Of a DNA stretch of 64,000 bases, positions 1-12,427 are shown piece by piece. Within the stretch, counting starts at the first letter, position 1, and each line of letters starts with the position of its first letter. The translations under genes were made by a program, and so were the position numbers. The notes under the pieces are model-generated. The model did not search any database, had not been told where the DNA came from, and was given only the letters and a program-made list of their open reading frames with translations. Origin of the DNA: Eledone cirrhosa (Eukaryota); assembly GCA_964016885.1 (NCBI GenBank), contig OZ024743.1, forward strand, positions 144,770,001-144,834,000, written 5' to 3'.

Positions 1-412
1 GAGGTTGGGTACTCTGTATTACTGCGTGACGCCAGAAGTCACGGTCGTGTGTCATTGTCTTTGAGAGGTGTAATTGGGTAAGGTCGGCTTTTATCACCTC
101 ATCCCAGGTCATCTTGGGTCTCCCCACTCCGCGGTTTCCATCAACTTCTAGTGCTCTGCACCTTTTTATGCAGCTGTCATCCTTCATACGCATCACATGT
201 CCATACCAACGCAACCACCTCTCCTGCACACGGCATTTATTCCTCTTATGCTCAGTCTCTCTCTCAATTCCTTTATGCTTTGTCGTTCACGTATATTACT
301 GTTACACATCCATCGGAGCATGCAGGCTTCGTTTCTCTCTAATCTACGTAAGTCTTCCACCTTCAGCGCCCAGGTCTCACTGCCATGCAACATCACTGTT
401 CGGATACACCTC
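1..412 (-). mobile_element. RTE-clade LINE 3' fragment
   Basis: MLHGSETWALKVEDLRRLERNEACMLRWMC post-RT motif; frameshifted. Confidence 0.85.
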
Positions 413-660
413 ACTAGCTAATGATACGAAAGTGGTACAGGCAATCAAGAACACTGAGCATGCGACATACTTACAGCAAGACCTGGATGCAATATACAAA
501 TGGGCTGAAGACAACAACATGCAATTTAATGCTGGGAAATTTCAACCCTTTTACGACCAGCCAGAAGTACTAACACACTGCTGTCAAGCTACACAAGACA
601 AGGAGGAATTGAAATCAGAGTTACAATCAGTGTGTAACCTGGGAATCAACATTAGCCCTG
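413..660 (+). mobile_element. CR1/L2-like LINE RT fragment
   Basis: ANDTKV...LQQDLDAIYKWAEDNNMQFNAGKF matches the post-YADD region of CR1-group RTs. Confidence 0.65.
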
Positions 661-2074
661 TTGCACCATGTTCCCGGTATAGTGGTCATAGCCTAAATGT
701 AATCTCTACTGGATTACTGTTAAAATGGTAATGAACAACACGCGTAGAAAAAAAAAGATAAAATATTAAAATAGACAACAAATTATGTTGCAGCTTTGTA
801 GTGACGTGTGTTTATGACTGATTGTTAATCATGTCCCCTGTTAGCTCTTGTTTACTTTTGTTTTTAATCGGAAAAAAAAAAAAAAGGGTTTTGTTTTATT
901 TTTGCATGTGATCAACCCAGCACTTCGACTGATAAACGAGCAATTGAGAAAATTGTTGATATTTTATTTATTCTATGGATGAAGGTGAACAAGAATTTCA
1001 ACAAGTTTACCCTTATGCAAACAATGAGAGTGATTCAGATAATGAAACTTGTGAGAGTGGTGAGCAAAGTAGAGATTCGAGTGAACATATTGTGCGTGGC
1101 TCTTGCATAGCTGATATTGATAGAGGTGGTGGAGATAATCAAATTTAGATGAAGGGTGGGTAGACACAATTACTGCGCTTTGTCTTGATTCGGTCCATTA
1201 GTTTACCTACAATCATTACTCTTGAGTTGTGTATGCAACTATTTATTTTTTGCTGAAGAGCTCAGGTGGAGTGTAAAGTTAGACATAGAGACCCAGGTCT
1301 GAGAGGGTTAGAAATGAATATGCCGATGACGAACAAGATGAATTGTAAGATCATTTAGGATGAGAGACCAAGAAACCATGATTGTTCTGTGAAAGACAAT
1401 TGTCTTCAGTTGACTATTTGCTCTCAGTTATAGTCACCACATAGTGTTGAATTAATAACAGAAACTGAAACAACCCAACACTGCAATCCAATACGGTTTA
1501 GTGGTTAGAATGTTTGGCTCACAATTGTAAGGTCATAAGTTCAATTCCTAGTGGTGGATAGTGTCCTTGAGCAAGAAACTTTACATCATGTTGCTCTAGT
1601 CTACTCAGCTGACAAAAGTGAGTTGTATCTCCAAAGAGCCAGCTCTGCTACACACTGTGTCACACTGAATCTTGCTGACAACTACATTAAGAATGTACAT
1701 ATCTGTGGAATGCTCAGCCACTTGCATGTAAATTACATGAACAGGCTGCTCTATTATTTCAAACAACTGGAACATCCATCACCAGAGCCTAACAAAATGT
1801 CTAGATTAAAATATTGATGTTATGTTAATTGATGATACATTTGTCATCTCCTAATTAAGAATTTGGTAAATTAAAGACTAGAAATATTAAATGATATTGA
1901 TACAAAATTATATTGCAGCGGTAGAAAAATAATTGAAAATTAAATACTAAAGATAATTGTTTCTACGTTAGGCACAAGGCCAGCAATTACCCAGTGCATT
2001 ACTGGTACTTTATTTTATCGACCCCGTAAGGATGAAAGGCAAAGTTAACCTTGGCGGGATTTGAACTCAGAATG

Positions 2075-3560
2075 TTGTTTGGGAGAAGTGTATCCGTGAT
2101 GATATTGATGCACTTACTCTCACTGATGATGAAAAGAAACTAGCATGAAAGGAAGATAGCCTGCTCCAAGTGGACCCAAAAGAGGGATCAACAATATGAG
2201 TCAGCAGCACCATAGTAAGGCAATTAAGGATATGAAGATGGGGAAAGCATTGCTGAGATGCACCTTAACCATCCATCGTAAACCAAGTAATATAGAATGG
2301 TGTCATACACAATGACTGGCATAGCAGCAGCATCACCAACTGCTACGGTGGCAAAGATGCACTAGACAGAGCAAACTATAGAGGCATCAAGTTGATGGCC
2401 AACGCAATGAAAGTTACAGAAAGAGTTATCTATCGCACAGCTGATTAGGGATAGAATTAACCTAGATGAGATGCAGTTCGGATTTGTGCTAGGTAAAAAT
2501 ATCATTGATATCCTCATCCTTGTGAGGAAACTGCAGAGGTACCTAGCTAAAATTAAGCCCCCTCTACTTGGCATCTAATGGTCTGGAGAAAGAATTTGAT
2601 AGTCCCCTGTTCCATAATCTGGTGGTCTCTTACGAAACTAGGGGTAAATGAGTGGCTTGGGAGGGCAGTACAAGCCATATATAGAGGAGCAGCGAACAAA
2701 GTTAGAATTAACAAAGTCTAAAGTCCTATTAAGTAGAAAAGAAAACAGGGCTCTGATCCCTTCAAGGAAATGGCCTTGCTCAGTGTGCAAAAAAGATGTG
2801 GGCAGAAATCCCTTCTATGTTCCAAATGTAAACTATGGGTACACAGGAGGTGTAGCAGGATCTCAGACAGGCTAACAAAGAATGTAGTCTTTATATGTGG
2901 TTGATCCATAAGACCAGTAAGCTGCAAGAGCTCACATGAAACGAGCTCTATTAAATGCTCAGAGGGCTCCATAGAAATAGTTAACAGCTTCTGTTACCTG
3001 GCTTACCAAATTAGGAGTGGAGGTGGGTGTTCTGAAAGTATAGTAGTTACAGTGAGAATAAGAAGGAAAAGTTCAGAGTGCTACTACTGCTGCAAGCTAC
3101 AAAAGGTTTTGCCTTCAATTGAAAGGCAGACTGTATGATGCTTGTGTACAAACAGCAATGCTGCATAAAAGTGAGGTCTGGGCACTGTTGAAGAAGACCT
3201 ACGAAGACTGGAAAAAAAATGCAGCTTGCATGCTCCAATGGATGTGTAATAGTAGTATATATGAACAGCAAAGCACCAATGAACTGAGAGAGAAACTGGG
3301 CATAAGAATGGTCAGAAGCAGTTGTGCAGAAGAGGAGATTGTGGTGGTATGGACATGTGATGCAAATGGAGGATGAGAACTGTATAAAAAGTTGCAGGAT
3401 GCTCAAAATTGACAGAAAATATGGAAAAGGAAGACCTAGAAAAAATAGGGATGAAGTGATTAAAAGCTGACCTCGGAAAGGAAATGACATTGGATTGAAA
3501 TCTCTAGCAATATGCTGTGCTGCAGAAGACCCAAGTTCTCACATGCACAGGATGAAACAA
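2075..3560 (+). mobile_element. Decayed RTE LINE (RT and 3' region)
   Basis: NYRGIKL, MQFGFV.GK, KGRLYDACV and MLQWMC motifs with many stops and frameshifts. Confidence 0.85.
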
Positions 3561-4194
3561 ACACCAATCTTTCACTCCCCCTCCACCTATCTTAATTTTC
3601 CCCCACCATAAACCTCCATTTGCCACATCCATATTCAACAACCACACCCGTGACACACTTCTCATTGCATACAAACATGGAAAACAGGACATGCTCTACA
3701 TCTGCTGTCCCACAACAAAAGCACCTAGTTTATCCTGTAAGATAGTTGTGCTGGTAACACGACGAAAAGGTCCCAGTCTGAACTGATATCAAAAGGGTTA
3801 ATGAAATACAAGATAACATCTTAATAGTGCCCAATAACAGTCAGACATTTTTTCATATTAATATACATATATATCATCATCCCCCATCAAAGGGTGGTGA
3901 AAGCTTTTCAGTCAAGTCAATAACCGACAATTTCTCTAGTGCTGGTCCCATGAAAAAGTGAGCCCAGTACACTCTGTAAAGCTGTTGGCATTAGGAAGGG
4001 CATCAGGCAAAAGGTTGAGAGGACTCTTCCATTGTGTCAAGAGAATGATAAAATGCACCCAGTACATGCTGTAAAGTGGTTGGTGACAGGAAGGGCATCC
4101 ATCCATAGAAAGGATTGGGGGGGGGGGACCCTTCAGTTGTGTTGAAGGCATGATGGAATGCACTCTGTACACTTTGTAAACAGCATGAAACATA

Positions 4195-5085
4195 CGAAGT
4201 GGGTCAGAAAAGTTCCAGGACTGATGTCACAAAAGATCTATTACAAACCCAAACTTCACACCAAGAGTTTTCTCCTTCAAAGTAATCCCCCTGGAGTATG
4301 TAACTGTAATCTTAGCTCTCTGCAGCGATCAAACTTTTTCTTCATAATTTTATATACATGTCCTCTGTTTCAGGTCGTCAAGCAATGAGCACAGAGCAAC
4401 GAACAAACTTGAAAACTCCGTCAGAAGCACTGGGATTGCTGCAGCAAGTGTATGGAAATGAGATGATGTCACGCTCACGTGCTTTTGAGTGGTGCAAGAG
4501 GTTTAAAGAAGGACGCGAGGACGTGGAAGATGACCCCAGGAGCGAAAGGCTCTCAACAACCAGGACTGTGGTCAACGTTGAGCGTGTCAGGCAGATGGTG
4601 CGTAGCGATCATCGGCTGACTGTTCGACTGACGGCAAATGAGCTGGGCATGAATCGGGACAGCGTCTGGAAGATTCTCACTGAAGATTTGGACATGCAGA
4701 AAGTCTGCGCGAAGATGGTGCCAAAACTGCTGAACGATGACCAGAAGGGTCGATGCATGCAAGTGTGCCAGGACATCCTCGAGCATCTTGAAACCGAACC
4801 AGACTTGCTAGGGACAGTCATCAACGGTGATGAGTCATGGATCTTCGAGTACGACCCGCAGGGGATCCGTTTTGAAGACACGGACGACATCAAAAAGGCC
4901 GTGACGACGGAATTGCGGAGGATCCCAGAAGAATCCTCCAGGAGTGCATGCAAGCATGGCAGAAAAGGATGAAAAAGTGCATTAGACTCCAGGGGGATTA
5001 CTTTGAAGGAGAAAACTTAGTGTGAAGTTTGGGTTTGAAATAAATCTTTTGTTACATCAGTCCTGAACTTTTCTGACACACCTCA
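4195..5085 (+). mobile_element. Mariner element, internally deleted
   Basis: TA-flanked with inverted ends. ORF 4358..4972 has an HTH region, MVPKLL and INGDESWIFEYDP, then jumps to GIRFED. The second Asp and YSPDL region are missing. Confidence 0.9.
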
Positions 5086-6280
5086 TATATAAGCAAGATA
5101 CTGTCTCTGGCCCATCAGGAAGATCTGTGGATTTGATTGCGTGCTGACTTGGTCTGTGAACACCTGTCCAGCCCATACTAGCATGGAAAAGCCGGATGTT
5201 AAATGATGATCATCATAAAATATAAAAGAGTAATGTTATCTGTTATACATAAATATATTATGTCAACTATATATACAGGCAGTTATACAATGATGGAAAT
5301 ATAAAAAAATAAGATAAAAACAAAATTAAGTAATGAAAAAAAGGGGGAAGTGGTAAAGAAGAGCAGATCTGGCTGTATGGGAAAGGACTATAAATGCCAT
5401 AAATGAAAAGAAAAGGAGGGAAAGAGAAAGGACTATTAGGCAACAGAACAGAGGGGGAATGGGGAGAGGGTGGCAAACTAAGCCTAGAAGTGGTGTTTCA
5501 GCTTCACACTAAATGTATTAACAGTAAATAACACTAAAAACAGGGAATATTAAAAACAATGTTTTCTTTATTTAATACTCAAAATACAAAATGAATAAAT
5601 TTATATCTAAAAAAAATCTAAGGATTAATAAAATACCTATGTTGTGTCTAGAAGAGGTAAAAATGAAGATACTTATTGTTTCACAGTGTGACACTTGAAA
5701 AAAATAACATGATCAAATAAGCTTGTCTGTTACAATACAATAAACCAAATATATACTTTAAAATAAAAAAATAAATAAAAAACATTTCTTATAATTTCAG
5801 AAACTAACACATTTATTGAACTTTATGTGTTAATTAAATATATATAAGATGCTTGACTATTTTTGTAAATCAGTTGAGAAAATGAAATTCTTTGCTTTGT
5901 TTTGAAAGTGTTACACAATTTTCCAACAAAAAATTGCCTCATAACGTTTTTTGTGTGAAATTATAACAAAAAAACAGAAAAGAAATGATGTTATGAAAAG
6001 AAACCATTTTAGAACATTATTCCACAAGAACCAATGAAGATGATAATAACAAGTGATCATATCTACCACTAATAAAATAAATGTATATATTACAGATATT
6101 ACCAAATACAGTAAAAATAATGTTGCTAAACATAAAAAAAAACCACTTTCATTATCATTTCTGTGAAATGGAAACATGAACTGTACAATGTAATGTTTAA
6201 GTACATAATACACAGAAGATATATTGAAGGTAATGTTAGGAAATTGAAATGTCATTTTTAGAGGTGAGCAAGACACTTAC

Positions 6281-6478
6281 CAGCTTGTTGAGGACATATT
6301 GCAGAAGTAGTTCCTTGCATAGCTAAATTCTGCAAAGCATTTATTGGATCCTGCATGGTCTGAGACTGTTGCTGAGCTTGCTGCGGTGATTGACCAGGGG
6401 CAAGTCCTTGAGGAGGTAGGCCCTGGGGAGGTATCCCTTGGTTTACAGCATCTGATGCAGCCTGTTTACCTTTCTTAG
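6281..6478 (-). CDS. MED15: MED15 coding exon 4, 198 nt ((S)KKGKQAASDAVNQGIPPQGLPPQGLAPGQSPQQAQQQSQTMQDPINALQNLAMQGTTSAICPQQA)
   Basis: TTTCAG acceptor, GTAAGT donor, phase 1 compatible with exon 3. Contains the DP(I/M)NALQ(N/S)L motif that follows the MED15 KIX domain; Q/P-rich. The gene continues left of the window. Confidence 0.88.
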
Positions 6479-7714
6479 CTGAAAGACATTAAGAAAAAAT
6501 TAACAAACAACTGAATTATAATTTAAGACCTCTATTTTGAAAATGAAGGGAAAATAATTCAATTAACTCTGGTTATTACAGTTTAGATAAGATCATTTTT
6601 TAAACTTTCCTTTCATATTTTAATTCCTTTTTCATTCTATGGGTGTATATGCCCTCCATTCATGTTTGTATATAATCACAATTTTATTATCTATTTTCAA
6701 AGCTGGCATGAATTAACTGATCCAGTGAAGCATCTCATTTATATCATCTATGTAAGATCTATGGTGTTTAGATCTAAACTAATTATTTCCAACTTTCCCT
6801 GGAACCCTGTCTACAAGATGCACTCTTCAAACAGATTCAGGTCAAGAAATTAGTCATAGATATTGGTAGGGTGGAATAGGAACACTCAGAACCATAATAG
6901 ATATCAGAAAGTATCTTCTAACAATTTTTCTAACCTACCACCCTTGGACTGACACTTTATTTTATTAACAACAAAAGGATGAAAGGTTAAGTTGACTTTG
7001 ATGAGAGCCAACACCCTACCAACTCTACCAATTTGCTACTTTCTAGATACCTTTTAAATATGTTTGCAAAGCACAACACACTGTCAAATGATGTTCCAAT
7101 TTTAATATTTAGAAAATGTCTTATCTATCAAATTACAGAAGCAGTTGCTTTTCGTGAAACTTAAAATAATTTTGGACAGGTTTGGATGAATAAAGGTGTT
7201 CATATAATGATACATATATATGTATTTATACACATACATAACACACATCTTATTGAATCCTGAATTTTTAAACCTATACAGGGTTGGATTTTTGTTTAAT
7301 TTTTCTTCTAAAACAAAACAAAACAAAACATATATATATATATATATTTTTCTTAACAGCTCCCAATCTCGCCATCTTGGCCACTTCACTTCGTTTGTTC
7401 TTGTCTCCTATAATTTTTTTTTATTTTTGTTCTGTTCATCAAATGAACAGAACAAAAATTCCCCCTTAAGCCACCTCCTCTCACCACCATAACACAGACC
7501 AATAAAAGCACAGTAGTGCAAAAATGCCAATCTAACAACAACCCATATGCTTAATACCACTACCACAAATACCCCTACCACTAACACCACATCCACTAAG
7601 AAATTCATATATAAATATGGTCATGATGCAAATATCCAGCTCCGTGCTGCTACACCAACTTTCTCCTTTTCAGATGCAAAAAGCCAACAGCAAGTCATTC
7701 TCCACCACAAAACT

Positions 7715-8165
7715 TCAGAGCTACCAACATCAATGTAGGGACGTTGAAAGGTAGATCAGGTGAGATTACAGAAATGCTTGAGAGAAATAAAGTTGATGTA
7801 TGCTGTATACAGTTGGAGAGTAGAATCTTCTGGACTCCTGGTAGGCAGAAAACGTTATGTTTTTGGAAGGGAAATGACAGCGGGCAAGGCAGAGTAGGTA
7901 TTATACTAGCAGAAAAATGGTTTGACAAGGTAATTGCAGTAAATAGAACAAACAGAATCATTTCACTTAGACTCATCCTAAATAGAACAATGGTAACAAT
8001 CATGTCTATTTATGCACCCCAATCTAGACTGGCAGATGGGTTCCCTAATAAGTGGCTACCTCCCAAATCAGAAATGGTAACTTCAATGGACATGTGGGAC
8101 AACAATGTGACACCAACGAACTGACTATCTGCAACACAAATTTTAAGAAACCAGCAAACCAACTG
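7715..8165 (+). mobile_element. RTE LINE endonuclease fragment
   Basis: NVGTLKGRSGEI..MLER.KVDVCCIQ, SIYAPQ and FNGHVG apurinic endonuclease motifs. Confidence 0.8.
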
Positions 8166-8269
8166 ATCCGACTGAATCCCAAGCAACACCAGCCAAGCTC
8201 ATGGATGTTATCCAACCATTTTGCTTGGGGTCAATCTTAGGTTTCCTGCCAGTTGGTTTTGCCTGCAAA

Positions 8270-9490
8270 ATCTGTATGGGATTGATGGTCAGCTTCTTGC
8301 TGCCTGAATGTCTCTATACAAATGCACAAGTATTTGTGTTCAGATAAACTGGAGGCACATGGCTTAGTGGTTAGAGCATTGGCCTTGCAATCAAAAGATT
8401 GTGAGTTCAATTCTCAGACTGGGTGATGTGTTGTTTCCTTGAGCAAGACACTTTATTTCACATTGCTCCAGTTTACTCAGCTGTAGAAACGAGATGATAG
8501 GACTGGGGTCCCTATCATTCCACTGCAAAGTGGTCGTGGAGGTGCCACGGCAAAAAAGCACCTAGCACTCACAGTAAATGATGTTGGTGTTAGGAAGGGC
8601 ATCCAGCTGTAGAAATCAAGCCAGAATCAGTTCCCGTCACACCCTTGCAAGCAGGGAAAAGCGGACGTAAAATTGATAATGATTGATGATGATAAACTAT
8701 ACTAAATTGAAATCATGTGGGAGTCGGACTCTGCCAAGATTGCGTACTGTCACCTCTCCTGTTCATTATATACACGAACAGGATTTTGCAGCCGAGTTGG
8801 AAGTGGTATCATGACTGGCATGTGTAAAATCAGTCGGCAGGAATTTGCAGACAACATGGTGTTACTTAACTCGACAGAAAACAATCTTTGACTTGCACTT
8901 GATAGGTTTGATGTGGAGTGCTACATGGCTAGAATGAAAATCAGTGCTGCAAAAACCGAGACATTCATCCTCTCAAGGAAGCATGCGCAGTGCATGCTAC
9001 ATGTGAATGGAGTACCACTGAAGCAGGTAGAGAAGCTGGTGCAGTAATGTGCCAGCTTCAGTATTCAGTAATCAGAAGGTAGGTAGGCATAAAAGCCAAA
9101 CTTGCTATCTTCAATTCAGTATTCATGCCAACCCTTAGCTATGATCATGAACCTTGGGTAATGACTGAAAGAATACGTTTGCAAATACAAGCAGCCGAAA
9201 TGGGATTTCTTAGTAGGGTCTTGGAAGTAACATTACTCGATAAAGTGCGTAGCTCGGAGATCAGAGTCACTCCAGATAGAGCCACTACATTGATAGATCA
9301 CAGCTCCAAAACTATGGGCATGCAGTTAGAATATCTCAAGAAAGAATCGCTGGAAAAATTTTACAGGCAAAACCAACTGGCAGGAGACACAGCTGGATCA
9401 GTTGAAGACGGTTGCTGCTGATAGGACCCGCTGGAAGGAGTGTTTGAGGACTGACCCCACGACCCTCTCAGGAATAAATGGGTGAAGAAG
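8270..9490 (+). mobile_element. RTE-type LINE fragment (second subfamily) interrupted by a SINE
   Basis: GVGL(R)Q..C.LSP.LF, FADNM, PTLSY.HE.WVMTERIR..IQAAEMGFL. Confidence 0.8.
8351..8690 (+). mobile_element. tRNA-derived SINE with CORE-like centre and RTE-derived tail; 8-bp TSD GATAAACT
   Basis: A box TGGCTTAGTGG, B box GAGTTCAATTC, CCTTGAGCAAGACACTT centre, (GAT)n tail. TSD at 8343-8350 and 8691-8698. A closely similar inverted copy lies at about 23550-23935. Confidence 0.85.
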
Positions 9491-9889
9491 TAATTATCAT
9501 TCCCAATTGCTATTGTTTAGGTGCCACCCGGCATACACAAGTGAGACAGGGAATACCTTCACTATTAAAAGCTATTCTCGGCAGAGTTGGTCTGCTAGAG
9601 AATGGGTTGCAGGTGGCAGATAGGCACCAGATATGATGGTTAGTTGCGATATAAGTGAGCAGCTGCTGGACGAATAAGCAATACCAGACCAACAGCAGTA
9701 AACTACTAGGGGATATGGAGCAGTGGGTGATACCTGTAACTCCCAAGAAAACTCTCACAACCCAGTGATATAGCTATGACGAGGTGAGTAAAGGCTGCCT
9801 CTAAAAAAGCCTAGTCTTTGCGGGTTTGAGAAAGTACCAGATTGGTGATTGGTGCGAATAAGACCACTAAAACTGCAATATGGTGGGAG

Positions 9890-12427
9890 GTAGGAAAAAG
9901 AACTATACTGCATTGTCTTTCACATGGGTTAAACTACACATTCAGGCCTTAGATAGAGGGGCCTCTTCAAAAACATATTGCAGTCTCCATTTCATGCCAA
10001 AATACAGAATGATGAAACATGCAGAATGTGCCCTGGTAAAAAAGACTGCATAACCATTAAAAGATCTGATGGTGAAAAGTAAAAAAATGCAGAAATTTAT
10101 GCACTATTAAAATCTGAATATCCCATTATCACAGAGCATCATTATGAAGCCAAGAAACAGAGTGAGTATTTTAAACAGAAGAAAATGTCTTTGAAAGAAC
10201 CAAAAGCTATTTTAGTAAAGGATTTCTAAGAACTATGCATTTCTGGTCCGAGGGTTTCATTGGAACAATTATCAGGCCACAATACATCCATTTGTACTGT
10301 ACTATTTTGATCCTGAGTTGAATTATGTTTCAGTGGAACACACTGACATTAATACTAAATTCCTTCATCCCAAAGGTCCTGCTTAAGTAATGATGACATC
10401 TGTTGGATTCCAATTGAGAACATCATGAAGAAAGTTGATCCACCTTCCTCTGAAAGGACAGGTCAATCCTATCTTTTTTCTTGTGATGAAATAAAAGAAA
10501 TACAAAGTTTGATGAGATATGATGCTTGTGAATAGCTTTTGATGCCATTTGTTTTTGATTGTATCTTGTTTCTTTTTTTATTCATTCCTAGTGCATTTCG
10601 TTTTCTTGAGCTTCATAAGAGACGTGCACTTTGGCAAAACTATCTTGACTGACCTGACCACCCATCAATATCACCTTGAAGTATTTTTTCTGCTTTTCAA
10701 GACCTCGGAATATGTAATCTATTTTAGAAATATGAAACCTCATTTGCCAATCACATTGATATTTTTGTAGTCAAAATTTCCAAATTGTTGCACATTGATT
10801 TTGGGGGCTCTGAATTACCCGCAAAAGCAGGAATTTCCATTTTGAGCCGTTTCCAGGGGACACAAAGAGATTCTTACATCAGTTTAAAATACGTTATGTC
10901 TATTTTTCTAGACTCACATCCCGGTGCACTTTTAGACTATGTATAGTTATTTTATGGTTAAAAAGATTTTTAAATGTGCCTTTTGGGACTTTTTCTGCTT
11001 TTAACCCCCTTGATACACTGAAAATCAGGCCTTTAGGTAACTGAATTCAAGTGTTCTGTCAAGTTTTCAAGCTATACTGCATGATTAAAGATGGGGTGTT
11101 CGACAGTTGTTGCCATTCAGTAACAGCCACCAAAACTTAAGAGTTTTTTTTTAAAATAGCCCCACCAGATCTTTCAAATTTTCAGTTAACATTTTCTTTA
11201 AAATGGTCAGCTTAACCCTTTAGCATTCGCATTCATTTTCAAATGTCATGCTTATCTGTTTTGAGTTAATCACACTCAAGAGGGTTATCAATTTTATTTG
11301 TTTGTAATTTTCTTAATTTTCTATGTGCAGGCTTGAAATTTTGTCAGATGTTTAAATATCAATAATTTACAATTATATCATTTTACCTGATTTTTTGGGT
11401 CAAATTTGACTTTTATGGACAGGTGAAATTAATTAATAGGGGCATTTGAAGTATCAACCAGGTGCAAATACTGGTTTAATTTTAAATATGTTGTTTTTGG
11501 CATAATACTCGATATATAACGATCACTAAACCTTATATCAGTGCTCCAGTAATTCCACAGTCTTGGAAATTGTTTTATACCAAACATAATATTTACGGTT
11601 AAAAATGCTTGCATTTCTGCAACATGTGTCAGTTGCCAAACAGATCGGGTTTTCCTCGATTTGAAATCTGTTGTTGGGCATATCGATTAATCTCTTCTGC
11701 CACAACTTTGAAGAAAGTTTGTGGTAAAAACAAAAAGAAATAATCCATCGGGAGCTAATGTGTGTTGTGGACCAGTATTTTGAATAAAATTGGGAACGTA
11801 TATTGGTGTGGTATGTTTCAGAAATGTAAACATCTGATTGATTTGAAGATAAATCACTAATATTATCTTTTGTTTCTTGTTCATTCTGAATGTCAACGTG
11901 TGTAAAACCTTCAAAGTCAGTATCGCTACTTTCACAAGCCATGTTGATACACAAAAAATCTGTTCTACTTTCAATGTTAAAAAACACACGTTATTTTAAG
12001 TTGTTTCACTATATTAAGTGTTAATTTTCGTGGTAAGGGCCTAATCTTGCAGTAATCTCGAATTGACGAAATTTTAATGATGGTTTATTTATTTTTAGAA
12101 CAATATTTTAGTGTGGGTGTTAGCCGGTTTCGGGTGGTTTGAACACTAAAGGGTTAAAGTAATTGGCTTTAGATGGTTGAGATTAAGGAAATGCAGTTCT
12201 AAAGGCATGTGATAAAAGCCACTTAGAATACTAGGCCTCTAAAAATCAAATAAATCCAATATTTTCAAAATTTCAGAAATTGCACAAATATTTAAATGGC
12301 CATAAAATCAGATTGGTAAGCACTATGGAGCAAATATTTTCAAGAATTACTCCTTTCATGGATAACAATAAATGAAAATTTGAAGACCTCTGGCACGGAC
12401 GCCTTTTGAATTTCACTGGAATGACAC
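9890..12427 (+). mobile_element. Decayed DNA transposon (tentatively Sola2-like) hosting a piggyBac insertion
   Basis: Peptide relics MCPGKKDCITIK and KFLHPKGP..DDICWIPIENIMKKVDPP. The family call is from memory of similar transposases and is unverified. A second fragment lies at about 47235-47505. Confidence 0.4.
11216..12153 (-). mobile_element. Non-autonomous piggyBac deletion derivative, copy 1
   Basis: TTAA at 11212-11215 and 12154-12157; CCCTTTAG...CTAAAGGG termini. N-terminal piggyBac transposase relic EMQAFL..NIMFGIKQFPRLWNYWST...YLHLVD. Confidence 0.9.

Noticed and set aside
114-731. 205-aa ORF as a host gene
   Set aside because: A chance fusion of an antisense RTE fragment and a CR1-like RT fragment.
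655-1260. Possible piggyBac 5' remnant with an acidic N-terminal peptide
   Set aside because: Too decayed; no matching right end or clear motif to support a call.
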